Below are positions 38,275-48,698 of a stretch of 64,000 nt of DNA, piece after piece. Origin of the DNA: Dehalococcoidia bacterium. GTDB lineage: Bacteria; Chloroflexota; Dehalococcoidia; Plut-88900. The translations under genes were made by a program, and so were the position numbers. The stretch lies in NCBI GenBank assembly GCA_965197585.1, contig OZ240215.1, forward strand, positions 832,001 through 896,000. The letters are read 5' to 3'. Positions within the stretch are counted from its first letter, which is position 1, and each line of letters starts with the position of its first letter. Below the pieces are notes generated by a model. That model was not told the origin of the DNA. It saw only the letters and a list, made by a program, of their open reading frames with translations, and made no database searches.

Positions 38275-39486
38275 TCAGGCTATAACGGAACGGTCTTTCA
38301 GTTCGACTATTTGCTCCCAGGACAAGTCGAGTTCACGAAGCACTTCCTCTGTGTGCTGGCCCCACTCGGGCGCGGGCCCCGAGGGATGAGTAGGCGTGTC
38401 CCGCAGCGCGAATGGGATGCCAATTTCCGGGTACACCCCGAGACCCGGATGCTCAACCTCGGTGAGGAAGTTGTTGGCCTTTACCTGGGGGTCGGCGACA
38501 ACCTCCGAAAGGCGGGCATCCTGCGCCCATACAAGCTGGTATTCGTCGAAACGTGGCGCCCATTCGACCAATGGTCTACGGGCGATGGCCTCGTCCAAAA
38601 GCTTGATGGCCTCCAGGTGGTTCTTCATCATCTTTCCGTGGGCGTTGAACCGTGAGTCTGAGGCGAGGCCGGGGACTTCCAGCGCCAGGCAGGTCGGGGC
38701 CCAGTAGCGGTCACCCTGGGGCATGGAAAACTGGACCCAGCGGCCATCGCCGCACTGGTAGGTATTATATAGGGGGCTGGGTGCGGAGGTACGGGTCTCC
38801 CGAAGCACGTCTTCGCCGGAGAACAGGGTGCGGTGAAGGTCGTAGCCTGCCACCCACATTCCACTGGACAGAAGGGATGATTCGACTATCTGGCCTTTGC
38901 CGGTGCGTTCCCTGGCAAACAGGGCAAGGGAGATGGCATTGGTCATGCAGACGGCTGTAGTCAGGTCTCCCATGGCGCCGTGCAGGTGAGTAGGGGGGCC
39001 GCCGGGTTCGCCCATGAAGGACAGGAACCCCCCTCGGGCCCAGAATCCTACCTCGTCGAAAGCGGGCTTGTTCTTGTCGGGGCCCTTGGGGCCGAATCCG
39101 GTGAGGAGACCGTAGATAAGTCTGGGGTTGAGGGCGGTGATGGTCTCGGGGGTCATCTCCAGGTGTTCGAGAGCCTGGGGCCGGACATTGGTGACGAAGA
39201 CGTCGGCGGTCTGGACGAGACGGTAGACTAGCTGTTGACCCTCGGGCTTGCGTAGGTCGATGCCTGCGCTGCGTTTGCCGCGGTTGACCATCTCGGCCAT
39301 GTAGTTGAAGGGTGGGGTCTTGGCTCCCCAACGTTCCTCCAGGTCGAGGCCGCGTATGGGGTCTCCGCCGTCGAGGGGCTCTATCTTGATGACGTCGGCG
39401 CCACACTCGGCGAGGAGCATACCGGCGGCAGGCCCTGCGAACCAGATGCCTAGCTCAACTACCTTGATGCCTTCCAGCGGTCTCAT
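38275..39486 (-). CDS. CoA-transferase family III
   Basis: RPLEGIKVVE, GADVIKIEP, NRGKRS and APEWGQHT motifs. Confidence 0.92.
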   Translation of the reverse strand: MRPLEGIKVVELGIWFAGPAAGMLLAECGADVIKIEPLDGGDPIRGLDLEERWGAKTPPFNYMAEMVNRGKRSAGIDLRKPEGQQLVYRLVQTADVFVTNVRPQALEHLEMTPETITALNPRLIYGLLTGFGPKGPDKNKPAFDEVGFWARGGFLSFMGEPGGPPTHLHGAMGDLTTAVCMTNAISLALFARERTGKGQIVESSLLSSGMWVAGYDLHRTLFSGEDVLRETRTSAPSPLYNTYQCGDGRWVQFSMPQGDRYWAPTCLALEVPGLASDSRFNAHGKMMKNHLEAIKLLDEAIARRPLVEWAPRFDEYQLVWAQDARLSEVVADPQVKANNFLTEVEHPGLGVYPEIGIPFALRDTPTHPSGPAPEWGQHTEEVLRELDLSWEQIVELKDRSVIA

Positions 39487-39627
39487 TGCGATCTCCTGTA
39501 CCGTAGAATCCGAACTCCGCGACATTCTATGGTCACAGGCGTTGGGAATTTCGGCCTGACAATATAATATGCAAGCGCGTGTCGGCAAGCGAAAACACCC
39601 CCTAAATTGCAACAGAGAGGAATTCCC

Positions 39628-40578
39628 ATGAGCGTTGACGAGATTAGAACGAGCAGTGAACTACCACCCCCTGAAGTTAAGGAGGTGGCTGATCGCATAT
39701 TCTGCTATCTGCAGGCCGACGGCAGCTGGGGACTGAATAACGCGGGTTTCGTGGTGGGGAGGAGGGGGGCGACGGTTATCGACACGTGCTTCACCGAGCG
39801 CAGGACTCGGGCCTTTATCGATTCGATACGGGAAGTAACCAAGCTGCCGCTTCAAACCCTGATCAATACACATCATCACGGCGACCACACTCACGGTAAC
39901 TATCTGTTTCCGGATTCGACCATTGTTGCGCACGAGCTATGCCGGGAGGCCATATTGGAAGCGGGACTCCCGCAGCCCGACAATCCCATAGGTATGCTGT
40001 TCCCCAATGTGGACTGGGGCAACCTGGAACTGGCCGCACCGACCCTGACGTACCAGGACAACATGACCCTGTACATCGAGGATTTAAGGCTGGAGCTTAT
40101 CTTCATGGGCCCCGCCCACACGACCAACGACACCGTGGTCTGGCTTCCAGACTTAAAGCTGCTGTTTTCGGGCGACTTGATTTTCAACGAAGGGACACCG
40201 TTTGTCGTCATGGGGTCGGTTGCCGGGTCTCTGGAGGCCGTCGAGAGGCTCAGAGCCCTCGGTCCCGAGACCATAGTCCCGGGCCACGGGCCTGTGTGCG
40301 GCCCAGAGCTTTTCGACCCCACCGAGGCATACCTCCGGTTCGTTCAGGACATCGCCAGGGTGGGGTTCGACGCAGGTGCGGGGCCGCTGGAGATAGCCCG
40401 AAGCGCGGACCTCGGCGAGTTCTCAGAATGGCATGACGCTGAACGGCTTGTGGGCAACATTCACCGTGCCTTTTCAGAGATCAAGGGACATAAGTGGGGC
40501 GAAAAATTGGAGATGAGGCCAATCATCGCGGAAATGGAAGCCTACAATGGAGGAAGCCCCCTCAGGTGTCTGGCGTAG
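39628..40578 (+). CDS. Metallo-beta-lactamase fold hydrolase (cyclase-like)
   Basis: NTHHHGDH, AHT, GDL and PGHG motifs. Confidence 0.88.
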   Translation: MSVDEIRTSSELPPPEVKEVADRIFCYLQADGSWGLNNAGFVVGRRGATVIDTCFTERRTRAFIDSIREVTKLPLQTLINTHHHGDHTHGNYLFPDSTIVAHELCREAILEAGLPQPDNPIGMLFPNVDWGNLELAAPTLTYQDNMTLYIEDLRLELIFMGPAHTTNDTVVWLPDLKLLFSGDLIFNEGTPFVVMGSVAGSLEAVERLRALGPETIVPGHGPVCGPELFDPTEAYLRFVQDIARVGFDAGAGPLEIARSADLGEFSEWHDAERLVGNIHRAFSEIKGHKWGEKLEMRPIIAEMEAYNGGSPLRCLA

Positions 40579-40700
40579 GATCATGCAAGGCGAATTGACA
40601 GTTTTGGCGTGGCAAAGGTATTGTTTGCCGAGCCTCGCGAATGTCCGCTAGCCGGATTCCGCAATTTCTAAACGGGTAACACCTGAAGGACAGATAGACC

Positions 40701-41807
40701 ATGATGACATTCGGCCTGTTCCTCTCCTTCATGCAGATCTACGAAGAGCAGCGCGGCCTGGACATGTACAAGAACATGCTGGAGCTCGCGATTCTCGCCG
40801 ATGACCTGGGGTTCGACAATGTCTGGGTGCCGGAGCATCACCTGATCCACTACATCCCTGCCCCGAACGCGCTGCTGGGCGCCACCCAGGTCGGGCAGCA
40901 CGTGAAGAATGCTACTGTCGGGACTGCGGTAGTTCTTCTGCCCTTCCACCACCCTCTGGCGATGGCCGGCGACATAGCCGCTACCGACAACATGTTGAAC
41001 GGCAAGTTTGAGCTGGGTGTGGCCCGAGGCGCATACAAGTACGAGTTTGACCGCTTCGGGCAGGAATTCGGGGACAGCCGGGCCCGCTTTGATGAGTCTC
41101 TCGGAATCCTGGAAAAAGTCTGGCACAGCAAGGATGAAGGAATAGCGCACAAGGGCAAGTTCTGGTCTTTCGACAACACGTATATCTGGCCCCGACCCGT
41201 GCAAGACCCCCATCCCCCGGTATGGGTTGGGTGCATGCACGAATCGACGGCTCTGCACTATGCCCGCAAGGGATACAACGTATTCAATGCACCCTTCCGG
41301 CGTCCCATGAGCCACATCCAGCGGATCTGCGACGCTTTTCATCAGGGGAGGGAAGAGTCTGGCCATGCCCGCGGGCAACAGAGAGTTGGTATGTCGAGGA
41401 TGTACTATGTCGCAGAGACCAAGGAAGAGGCTTTCGCCAAGACGCGGGACGTAATTGTTAACCACCGCATCGGAACACGGCTGCACGACTACACTCAGAA
41501 CTCCAACCCGAGGGCCTACGTGGCCCCCGAGTCGAACGACGATGATCCGTCCCAGCAGGAGGTCTACGACAATCTGCTGATGGGAACACCCGATGAGGTG
41601 TTAGAGAAGGTCTACGCTTTCGACAGGGCGGGTCTCGACCACCTTTCACTGTTTACCCACTTCGGCCCCGGACATGAGGACATGGTGCGCTCTCTCAAAC
41701 TCTTCGCCAAAGAGGTTATGACACCCTACAGGGCGCGGGAGTCGGCTGCGAATGGACGGGAGCCGGTCCTGGCGGGGAAGGGGGTGGCCTGTGGCGTCGG
41801 AAGATAG
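40701..41807 (+). CDS. LLM-class flavin-dependent oxidoreductase
   Basis: WVPEHH, HHPLAMA and PVQDPHPPVW motifs; upstream TTGACA-18 nt-TATTGT. Confidence 0.9.
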   Translation: MMTFGLFLSFMQIYEEQRGLDMYKNMLELAILADDLGFDNVWVPEHHLIHYIPAPNALLGATQVGQHVKNATVGTAVVLLPFHHPLAMAGDIAATDNMLNGKFELGVARGAYKYEFDRFGQEFGDSRARFDESLGILEKVWHSKDEGIAHKGKFWSFDNTYIWPRPVQDPHPPVWVGCMHESTALHYARKGYNVFNAPFRRPMSHIQRICDAFHQGREESGHARGQQRVGMSRMYYVAETKEEAFAKTRDVIVNHRIGTRLHDYTQNSNPRAYVAPESNDDDPSQQEVYDNLLMGTPDEVLEKVYAFDRAGLDHLSLFTHFGPGHEDMVRSLKLFAKEVMTPYRARESAANGREPVLAGKGVACGVGR

Positions 41808-43443
41808 AGGATTGCTGCTGAAATCTCGGCAGCTTATAACGATGGCCGGATCGCCGAGTCGGGACCAGGATGCCGTTGCGGTGAAAGGGGACACGATTGC
41901 CGGGGTAGGGCCCAGGGACGCAGTGTCGGGAACTCTCGGGCAAGACTTCACCACCTACGATTTCGGGAACCGGCCCATAATGCCGGGATTCGTCGACGTC
42001 CACGTACACCCGGAGATGGCCTCGTTGGCCTTGTATAACCGGGTCGACGTACACACTCCTCCCCGAGAGACGATAGACGACGTTATCGAAGCCTTTCGGG
42101 AGAGGATGGACATGGCGGAGGAGACGGGCTGGCTGTTTGGCCACGGGAGCCTGTTCCAAGACCAGAAGCTGAAGGATAAACGCCTCCCCGACCGCCACGA
42201 CCTGGACAAAGTGAGCACCGATATCCCTGTGGCGATGATGGCCGGCGGCCACAACCTGATACTGAACTCCAAGGCCCTGGAGATCGTGGGCATAGGCCCG
42301 GGTTTCCGAGTCCCGGCGGGCGCCACGGTGGAGCTCGATGACTCGGGGCACCCCAACGGAATCATCAAGGACCTCGAGCACCTGCTCCCCATCCCCCGCC
42401 CCGACTTGTCTACCAAGGAGAAGGCCCTTAAGGCGATATCCCGTGAGCATTTGACCGCCAACGGCGTGACGACAATTGGGGACATATCTCACAGCTCCGA
42501 GGGAATCGGGCTGGCAGATCGGCTGATCGGCAGCGGCGATATCAACATCCGCTTCAGGACGTACATTTGGGTGCCGCGCCTCATGTCGATAAACGATGCT
42601 TGCCGGTGGCAGGAACACCTGACCATCAACTCCGACGACAAGTACATGCGCATTCAAGGGGTCAAGATGTTCGCCGACGGCGGGTACTCCGCGGCGCTGG
42701 CAGCGGTGAAGCTGCCCTACGTCGGGCGGAATGGGTCGAGAGGGAAGCTGGCATTGAACCGTAGGCAAATCCTGAATGCGATGGTTGGGACCCGAGAGGC
42801 GGGTCTGCAGCTGATCATCCACTGCAACGGTGAGAGGGCCCAGGAATCGATGTGCAAGGTGGCTATCGAACTTGGTGACCCGCCCACGGGCCGCATGGTG
42901 AACCGCATGGAGCACGCCGGGAACTTCGTGTCGGACCCTGGGACCCGGGAACTCTGGCGCAGGGCAGGCATCATGCCGGCGCCCCAGGCCGTTTTCCTCT
43001 ACACCTTCGGAGACTACTTCCCGGTGTACATGGGCGACTATGCCAGCAAGGGCAGGTTCTCGTTCCGCACCATGTTGGACGATGGGTGGGAGCTGCCCTG
43101 CAGCTCAGACGGCTCGGGCTCCGAGGTCAGGCACCTGAACCCATTCTTCAGCATCTGGTGCGCCGTGAAACGTCAGACGTTCACCGGACAAATAATCGAC
43201 CCGGAGCAGAGGGTGTCGGTAGACGAAGCGCTGAAGATGCACACCATCTATCCGGCGGCTGCTCTCGGCGAGCAAGATTCAAAGGGAAGCCTGGAGGCGG
43301 GCAAGTTGGCCGACATCGTGGTCCTGAACCGGGACCCGATGGGCATGACGGGCGACGAACTGTTGGACGTGAAAGTGGACTACGTGTTTCTCGGGGGGCG
43401 GGAAGTCTACCGGAGGCCGGGGTCCGAGCCCTACACGACGTAG
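41791..43443 (+). CDS. Amidohydrolase 3 (YtcJ-like)
   Basis: PGFVDVHVH, KMFADG, HCNGE, RMEHA, SSD and GKLADIVVL motifs; start uncertain. Confidence 0.88.
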   Translation: MASEDRGLLLKSRQLITMAGSPSRDQDAVAVKGDTIAGVGPRDAVSGTLGQDFTTYDFGNRPIMPGFVDVHVHPEMASLALYNRVDVHTPPRETIDDVIEAFRERMDMAEETGWLFGHGSLFQDQKLKDKRLPDRHDLDKVSTDIPVAMMAGGHNLILNSKALEIVGIGPGFRVPAGATVELDDSGHPNGIIKDLEHLLPIPRPDLSTKEKALKAISREHLTANGVTTIGDISHSSEGIGLADRLIGSGDINIRFRTYIWVPRLMSINDACRWQEHLTINSDDKYMRIQGVKMFADGGYSAALAAVKLPYVGRNGSRGKLALNRRQILNAMVGTREAGLQLIIHCNGERAQESMCKVAIELGDPPTGRMVNRMEHAGNFVSDPGTRELWRRAGIMPAPQAVFLYTFGDYFPVYMGDYASKGRFSFRTMLDDGWELPCSSDGSGSEVRHLNPFFSIWCAVKRQTFTGQIIDPEQRVSVDEALKMHTIYPAAALGEQDSKGSLEAGKLADIVVLNRDPMGMTGDELLDVKVDYVFLGGREVYRRPGSEPYTT

Positions 43444-43468
43444 CCCCGCAGCCGAGAGCAGGCTCTCG

Positions 43469-44320
43469 TTAGGTCAGGAACTCCTGTTTCCATTGGTCGT
43501 AGGCGTCCTGGCCTAGGGCGATGTTCATCGTTTCCTCGGGGGCGAGGGTGCTTTTGAGGTCGTCGGCTCCCAGGCCCGACTTCTGCGCTTTGTAGGTATC
43601 GAAGAGCGCCTTTATCGCTGCCCGGATGGGCAGGTGGCCCTTCTGTGCGATTCTTACTCCAACGGATGCCAGGCGATCAAGGTCGTCAAGCTCTGGGGAA
43701 CTTGAGCCCGTGAGGAGAGGGATGGGTGCGGCCTTACGCACTTCTTCCAAGAGGGCGATGGTAGAGATACCGGTGAAGAAAAGCGCATCTACACCCAGCT
43801 TGGCATAGGCGCGGGCGCGCTCCACAACGGAGTCGGGGCCTGCGATGCTTCTACCGATAATTACGAGAGATTGGTCGCGCCGGGCCCTCAGGGCGGCGTT
43901 GAGCTTGCCGGTCATTTCTGCGATGGAGATCAGCTGCAAGTCGGGGCCCGAGGCGAAGGGGGCCGGAAGCACGGTGTCCTCGATTGTCAGGGCGGAAACT
44001 CCGGCGTTCTCCATCTCCTCGACGGTTCGCATGACGTTAAGGGCGTTTCCGTAGCCGTGGTCGGCGTCGACCATAAGGCTGATGTCGGATGCCCGGGTGA
44101 TGCGCCGGGCCTGGTCGGCGAACTCGGTGAGGGTGATTAGAGTCCAGTCGGGAGCGCCAATGGCCACGGCGGACGCTATAGACCCGGCGAGCATGCCGAT
44201 CTCGAAGCCTGCGGCCTCGGCGAGACGGGCGGACATGGCGTCGAACACGGAGGCAGGCCGGACGCAGCCGTCGCGGGCGAGGTAGTCTCTGAACCGCATC
44301 CGGCGTTCTGTTACAAGCAT
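43469..44320 (-). CDS. Isocitrate lyase/PEP mutase family (oxaloacetate decarboxylase-like)
   Basis: SVFDAMSAR, VDADHGYGNALNV and TIEDT motifs. Confidence 0.88.
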   Translation of the reverse strand: MLVTERRMRFRDYLARDGCVRPASVFDAMSARLAEAAGFEIGMLAGSIASAVAIGAPDWTLITLTEFADQARRITRASDISLMVDADHGYGNALNVMRTVEEMENAGVSALTIEDTVLPAPFASGPDLQLISIAEMTGKLNAALRARRDQSLVIIGRSIAGPDSVVERARAYAKLGVDALFFTGISTIALLEEVRKAAPIPLLTGSSSPELDDLDRLASVGVRIAQKGHLPIRAAIKALFDTYKAQKSGLGADDLKSTLAPEETMNIALGQDAYDQWKQEFLT

Positions 44321-44465
44321 GTAGTCGTCCTTTGGCAGGGGTGTCGGGGGACAGTATAGCGGGTGGGGGGAGTTCAGGAGCGCCCATTTAACGTCAGCGT
44401 TGACAGGATATGGCTGTTGACGGACAATTGTTTCCGTACATTTGAGCACGTACAGGGAGGAATAC

Positions 44466-44714
44466 ATGGCAAGGTTGGACGTGCGTCTTGATTCGGAGCA
44501 CCGCCGAAGGCTGGAAATACTGGTTGAAGAAAAGGGCGAGCCGATTTCCGAAGTTGTCAGGCGTTTGATAGACGACGCATACGAAGAAATAATGCTGGGG
44601 CGTCGCATACGGGCTGTCGAAAGGATAGGAAGCCTGGAAGTTGAAGACGTCCCCGACCCCGAGCAGCTGTCCCGAGAACTGGAGGCGGCTCATGAGCCCG
44701 GCGGCCTTTATTGA
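44466..44714 (+). CDS. Putative RHH antitoxin (VapB-like)
   Basis: RLDVRLD...ISEVVRRLI; overlaps PIN toxin gene; ACGGA-N8-TCCGT inverted repeat at 44420-44437. Confidence 0.75.
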   Translation: MARLDVRLDSEHRRRLEILVEEKGEPISEVVRRLIDDAYEEIMLGRRIRAVERIGSLEVEDVPDPEQLSRELEAAHEPGGLY

Positions 44715-45141
44715 CGCAAACATCCCGATCTATGCGGGTGGGAGAGAGCATCCTTACAAGGCGCCCTGCTTGCAAGTATTGAGGGTGGTTGCTCTACATC
44801 CGCGGTCATTCTTTACCGATAGCGAAGTGCTGCAAGAACTCTTGCACCGATACCGCTCTTCCGGTAGATGGGCATTGGGCCGAGATATCTTTCAGTCCTT
44901 CGCGGAGGCCATGCGCTACAGAGTGGAGCCTGTATTCCTCGAAGACGTCGAGTGGGCCGGCGATCTCGCGGACCGTTACCCGGAGGTGAGTTCTCGTGAC
45001 CTGGTTCATGCAGCAGTGATGAAACGGCTGGGCGTCGACCGCATCATTTCAGCGGACACGGACTTTGACAACTTGCCGGGCGTAATCCGACTGGCCCCTG
45101 CCGAAGTAGGGGAATGGGGCGGTTCCTTGCTGATAAGCTAA
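44692..45141 (+). CDS. vapC: VapC PIN-domain toxin
   Basis: FIDANI, EVLQE, RDLVHAA and SADTDFD acidic PIN residues. Confidence 0.88.
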   Translation: MSPAAFIDANIPIYAGGREHPYKAPCLQVLRVVALHPRSFFTDSEVLQELLHRYRSSGRWALGRDIFQSFAEAMRYRVEPVFLEDVEWAGDLADRYPEVSSRDLVHAAVMKRLGVDRIISADTDFDNLPGVIRLAPAEVGEWGGSLLIS

Positions 45142-45249
45142 GGTTGAATACTGGTAGTCGCCATGCAGCTTGGCGCACAGTGGTAGGTATAATGATGTAC
45201 GAGTGCATCCCACTCTCACTCAACTAGACTTTTCGTAGAGAGGCACGAT

Positions 45250-45810
45250 ATGGACGTTAGACAGATGGTGGAACAGAGTTTCGAAGAACTGGAAATGGAA
45301 TTGGCACACATGCTGGAGGACCTGACCCGGGAGGAATTGCTCTGGAGGCCCGACGAGGACTCCAACTCGATATGCTTTCTCGTTTGGCACATGAGTCGGG
45401 CCGAGGACATATTTATCAGCGACTATTCGTTAAGGCAGCCCCAGGTGTTTGAGAGAGGGGGCTGGTCCACTCGGTGGGGTATAGCGGCGGACGAAACGGG
45501 ATTCGGGTACGGACGGGAGCAGTTGGCGGCATTCCCTAACCCGCCTCTTGAGGAGCTTGTCCAGTATAGGCGTGAGGTGCGCACCGAAAGCAGGGCCTAC
45601 CATCGCTCCCTAAAGCCCTATGACTATGACCACATCCCGCCGAGCGATCACCCGAGGCGACGGGGCTACACGATAGGCAGGGTGTGGACCCATCTTATCT
45701 GTGAGATTGCACAGCACGTCGGGCAGATTTCGTATCTGAGGGGCCAGCAGAGGGGAATGAACAAGCGGGGCAGTGTAGGGGATTGGAGTTGGGTTACCCG
45801 GGAGGGATGA
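45250..45810 (+). CDS. DinB/bacillithiol-transferase-like superfamily protein
   Basis: NSICFLVWH and H...E..QHVGQISYLRG motifs. Confidence 0.82.
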   Translation: MDVRQMVEQSFEELEMELAHMLEDLTREELLWRPDEDSNSICFLVWHMSRAEDIFISDYSLRQPQVFERGGWSTRWGIAADETGFGYGREQLAAFPNPPLEELVQYRREVRTESRAYHRSLKPYDYDHIPPSDHPRRRGYTIGRVWTHLICEIAQHVGQISYLRGQQRGMNKRGSVGDWSWVTREG

Positions 45811-45860
45811 CCCCTCTAAGAGTCAAGTAAACATCGAAAATACAGAGCGTTCTTTGATAC

Positions 45861-46739
45861 TTACTTATCCGCTACAGGCAGATTGGACTCCGCCAGACGA
45901 GTGAAGCCTAAACTGCTGCAGAATTCCTGGAAGCCGGGGTTGGGGAGGCCGCTCCATTGCAGGTCCTCCAGTTCCTCCTCAAGGGGGACGTCTGTCCTTA
46001 GGGTCGCCAGCTTCTTGTAGAGAAGAGCTTCGGGATGCATGTTTTCCAGGTTTTGGGAGAGGGCCTTGGCGCCGCGCACCTTTACATTCCACTGGTCGGG
46101 GTCCGCCGGTATGCTCTCGACGTTCTGATAGGAACTGAGGATGGTTGCAGTGCTGGATGCGCCCCAGCGAGGGATGCCGGGAATTCCGTCTGCATTGTCC
46201 CCGACCAAGGCTAAGTAGTCGGGGATAGACGTAGGTGGTACGCCGAACTTCTCTATGACCGCATGTTCGTCGAGGACGATCTCCCGTCTTCTGTCCAGGC
46301 AGACCACCTTGTCGCCGGAGATGACTTGGCAAAGGTCCTTATCGGGAGAGCAGATGACTACCTGCTCAATTTCCTCGGCGTTCTGCCATCCAACGGCGGC
46401 GGTGGCGAGGGCGTCGTCGGCTTCAAATTCAACCATAGGCCAAACGACTATACCAAGCGCACGCACCGCGTCCTCGGCCAGTGAGAACTGTGCTGCAAGC
46501 TCCTCCGGAATGCCCGTCCCGTCCTTGTACCCCTTGAATAGGTCGTTGCGGAATGAGGTGATGACGTGGTCAAAGGCGCAGGCAACGTGGGTGACGTCGG
46601 GCTGGCGCAGTAGCAAGAGGAGGGTCTGCACCAAGCCCCTGACCGCTCCCACGGGCCGACCGTCGGGGGCGGAGAGGGGCGGCATCGCAAAATGGGCGCG
46701 GAACAACTCGTAGGTGCCGTCTATCAGGTGCAGCTTCAT
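45861..46739 (-). CDS. Stand-alone 5'-3' exonuclease/flap endonuclease
   Basis: LIDGTYE, FEADD, DKDLCQ and GDNADGIPG motifs. Confidence 0.9.
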   Translation of the reverse strand: MKLHLIDGTYELFRAHFAMPPLSAPDGRPVGAVRGLVQTLLLLLRQPDVTHVACAFDHVITSFRNDLFKGYKDGTGIPEELAAQFSLAEDAVRALGIVVWPMVEFEADDALATAAVGWQNAEEIEQVVICSPDKDLCQVISGDKVVCLDRRREIVLDEHAVIEKFGVPPTSIPDYLALVGDNADGIPGIPRWGASSTATILSSYQNVESIPADPDQWNVKVRGAKALSQNLENMHPEALLYKKLATLRTDVPLEEELEDLQWSGLPNPGFQEFCSSLGFTRLAESNLPVADK

Positions 46740-46836
46740 AATGACCTCGCGGTTGAGGATTATACATGGGTGGGGGACACACATAGTCTGGTATTCTCGT
46801 GGAAGCGAGAATCTGAGGAGAGGCAATCGCGAACAC

Positions 46837-47688
46837 ATGAAAGATAAGACGGTGTTAATCACCGGTGCGAACGCAGGTATTGGTCTGACTACGTCAGTTG
46901 GGCTTGCGAAGCTCGGGGCCCGGGTCCTGATGGTGAGCCGGGATGAGGGGCGAGGCCGGAAAGCGCATCAATTGGTCAAAGAGAAGTCAGGGAACAGTGA
47001 TGTGCATCTGCTCATTGCCGAGCTTTCAGATCAAGACTCGATAAGAAAGTTCGCACGAGAGGTGAAAGAAGGCTTCGGGGAACTTCACGTGCTGTTGAAC
47101 AACGCGGCGGTGATACCACGTCGGCGGGAGGTCACGGGTGACGGATTTGAGAGGCAGTTCGCCGTGAATCACCTTGCTTACTTTCTGCTGACGGGCCTGC
47201 TGCTTGATCTTCTGAAAGCTAACTCCCCGGCGCGCATAGTGAACGTTTCATCGCAAGTACATGCGGGTGCGGTGATCGATTTTGAGGACCTGCACTCCGA
47301 ACGAGGCTATACCCGAACCAAGGTATATGGTCGGACTAAGCTGGCTAACATCCTCTTCACATACGAGCTTTCCAGGCGGCTGAAAGGGACTGGGGTCACT
47401 GTCAACTGCCTTCATCCGGGGATAGTGGCTACCAACCTGCTGGCCGACGCCGGAGGATTGCCGCGCAAGCTAAAGGCCGTGACCAGGATAATTTCAGTCG
47501 ATGCGGAGGCCGGGGCCCGGACGTCGGTCTACCTCGCATCGTCGGAGGAAGTTGAGGGAGTGAGTGGGCGTTACTTCGTGCGGGAGCGTGTGGTCGAGTC
47601 GTCTCGTGAGTCTTACGACGAGACAGTAGCGAGGCTCTTGTGGGACGTAAGTTGTGAGATGACGGGACTGAACGTGGATTGGGCCTGA
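46837..47688 (+). CDS. SDR family oxidoreductase (retinol dehydrogenase-like)
   Basis: TGANAGIG, NHLAYF, YGRTK and HPG motifs. Confidence 0.9.
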   Translation: MKDKTVLITGANAGIGLTTSVGLAKLGARVLMVSRDEGRGRKAHQLVKEKSGNSDVHLLIAELSDQDSIRKFAREVKEGFGELHVLLNNAAVIPRRREVTGDGFERQFAVNHLAYFLLTGLLLDLLKANSPARIVNVSSQVHAGAVIDFEDLHSERGYTRTKVYGRTKLANILFTYELSRRLKGTGVTVNCLHPGIVATNLLADAGGLPRKLKAVTRIISVDAEAGARTSVYLASSEEVEGVSGRYFVRERVVESSRESYDETVARLLWDVSCEMTGLNVDWA

Positions 47689-47694
47689 TCTCGG

Positions 47695-48564
47695 CTAAGA
47701 ACTCAGGAAATTCAGGATAAGGCGCGCCGTTTCCTCGGGTTCTTCAAGGTGGACGAAGTGGCCCGTACCGGGGATGACTACCTTCGTCAATGGGCCTGAG
47801 AATAGGTGGTCCATCTGCTCGAAAGATTCGAGGCGCTTGGGACGGTCATGGGTGCCGTGAAGAGCGAGAGTGGGCACGGTGACGGGGCCGACAACCAGTT
47901 TGGGCTCGGTATCTTCGAGGCTGGGGTCTCGCAGAGACGCGTTGATGGCATGGCGGTAGTAATTGAGAGCGGCTTTCACTACTCCCGGTTGTCGGAAAGT
48001 CTTCTTCACCGACTCCAGCAACTCGGGCGGGATGTCCCAGTTGGGAGAAGCGTTCTTCCACCAGTCGACGATAAACTGAAAGTCGTCGTGAGGGAGGGTG
48101 TCCTCGGCGGAAGGAAGCTGGAAGTAGTAGGAATGCCAGGTGCCTCGCAGGTAGTCGAAGTCCCGATCAAGGGACGCTCCGGGGTGAGCGGAGCCTAGGG
48201 TGATCAGCTTTGTCACCTTTTCGGGATCGAGGGTCGCGGCAGAGTAGGTGGCTAGGGCGCCCCAGTCGTGACCGATGAGGATAGCAGAATCGGCCCCTAG
48301 AGCCTGGATCAGGTCCAAGGCGTCCCGGCCAAGCACGGCCGACTGATATCTTCCGTCAGCCGGGACAGGTGTGGGAGCATAACCCCGCATGAAGGGGGCA
48401 ACGGCTCGGTAGCCGACGTCGGCGAGTTTAGGGAGAAGATAGCGATAGGTGTAGGCGTTGTCGGGGAAGCCGTGGAAGCAGAGGACAAGAGGCCCGCTCC
48501 CCGCCTCGACATAGCTGAAGTCGACCGCATTTGCCGTTATGGTCCCAGTCTTGAAGTCCTGCAT
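47695..48564 (-). CDS. Alpha/beta hydrolase (epoxide hydrolase-like)
   Basis: HGFP, GHDWGA and GHFVHLE motifs. Confidence 0.9.
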   Translation of the reverse strand: MQDFKTGTITANAVDFSYVEAGSGPLVLCFHGFPDNAYTYRYLLPKLADVGYRAVAPFMRGYAPTPVPADGRYQSAVLGRDALDLIQALGADSAILIGHDWGALATYSAATLDPEKVTKLITLGSAHPGASLDRDFDYLRGTWHSYYFQLPSAEDTLPHDDFQFIVDWWKNASPNWDIPPELLESVKKTFRQPGVVKAALNYYRHAINASLRDPSLEDTEPKLVVGPVTVPTLALHGTHDRPKRLESFEQMDHLFSGPLTKVVIPGTGHFVHLEEPEETARLILNFLSS

Positions 48565-48698
48565 GACAGGTAGAGTATGGGGTTTAGGGTGTCGGGTGCA
48601 AGGGGGTAAGAGCGTTGACGGATTGGGTGGGCGGTCTCTAAACTTTTCGGCATTCAATGGCCCAGATTTCGACGGATAACAATGGAACGGAGAAGGCA

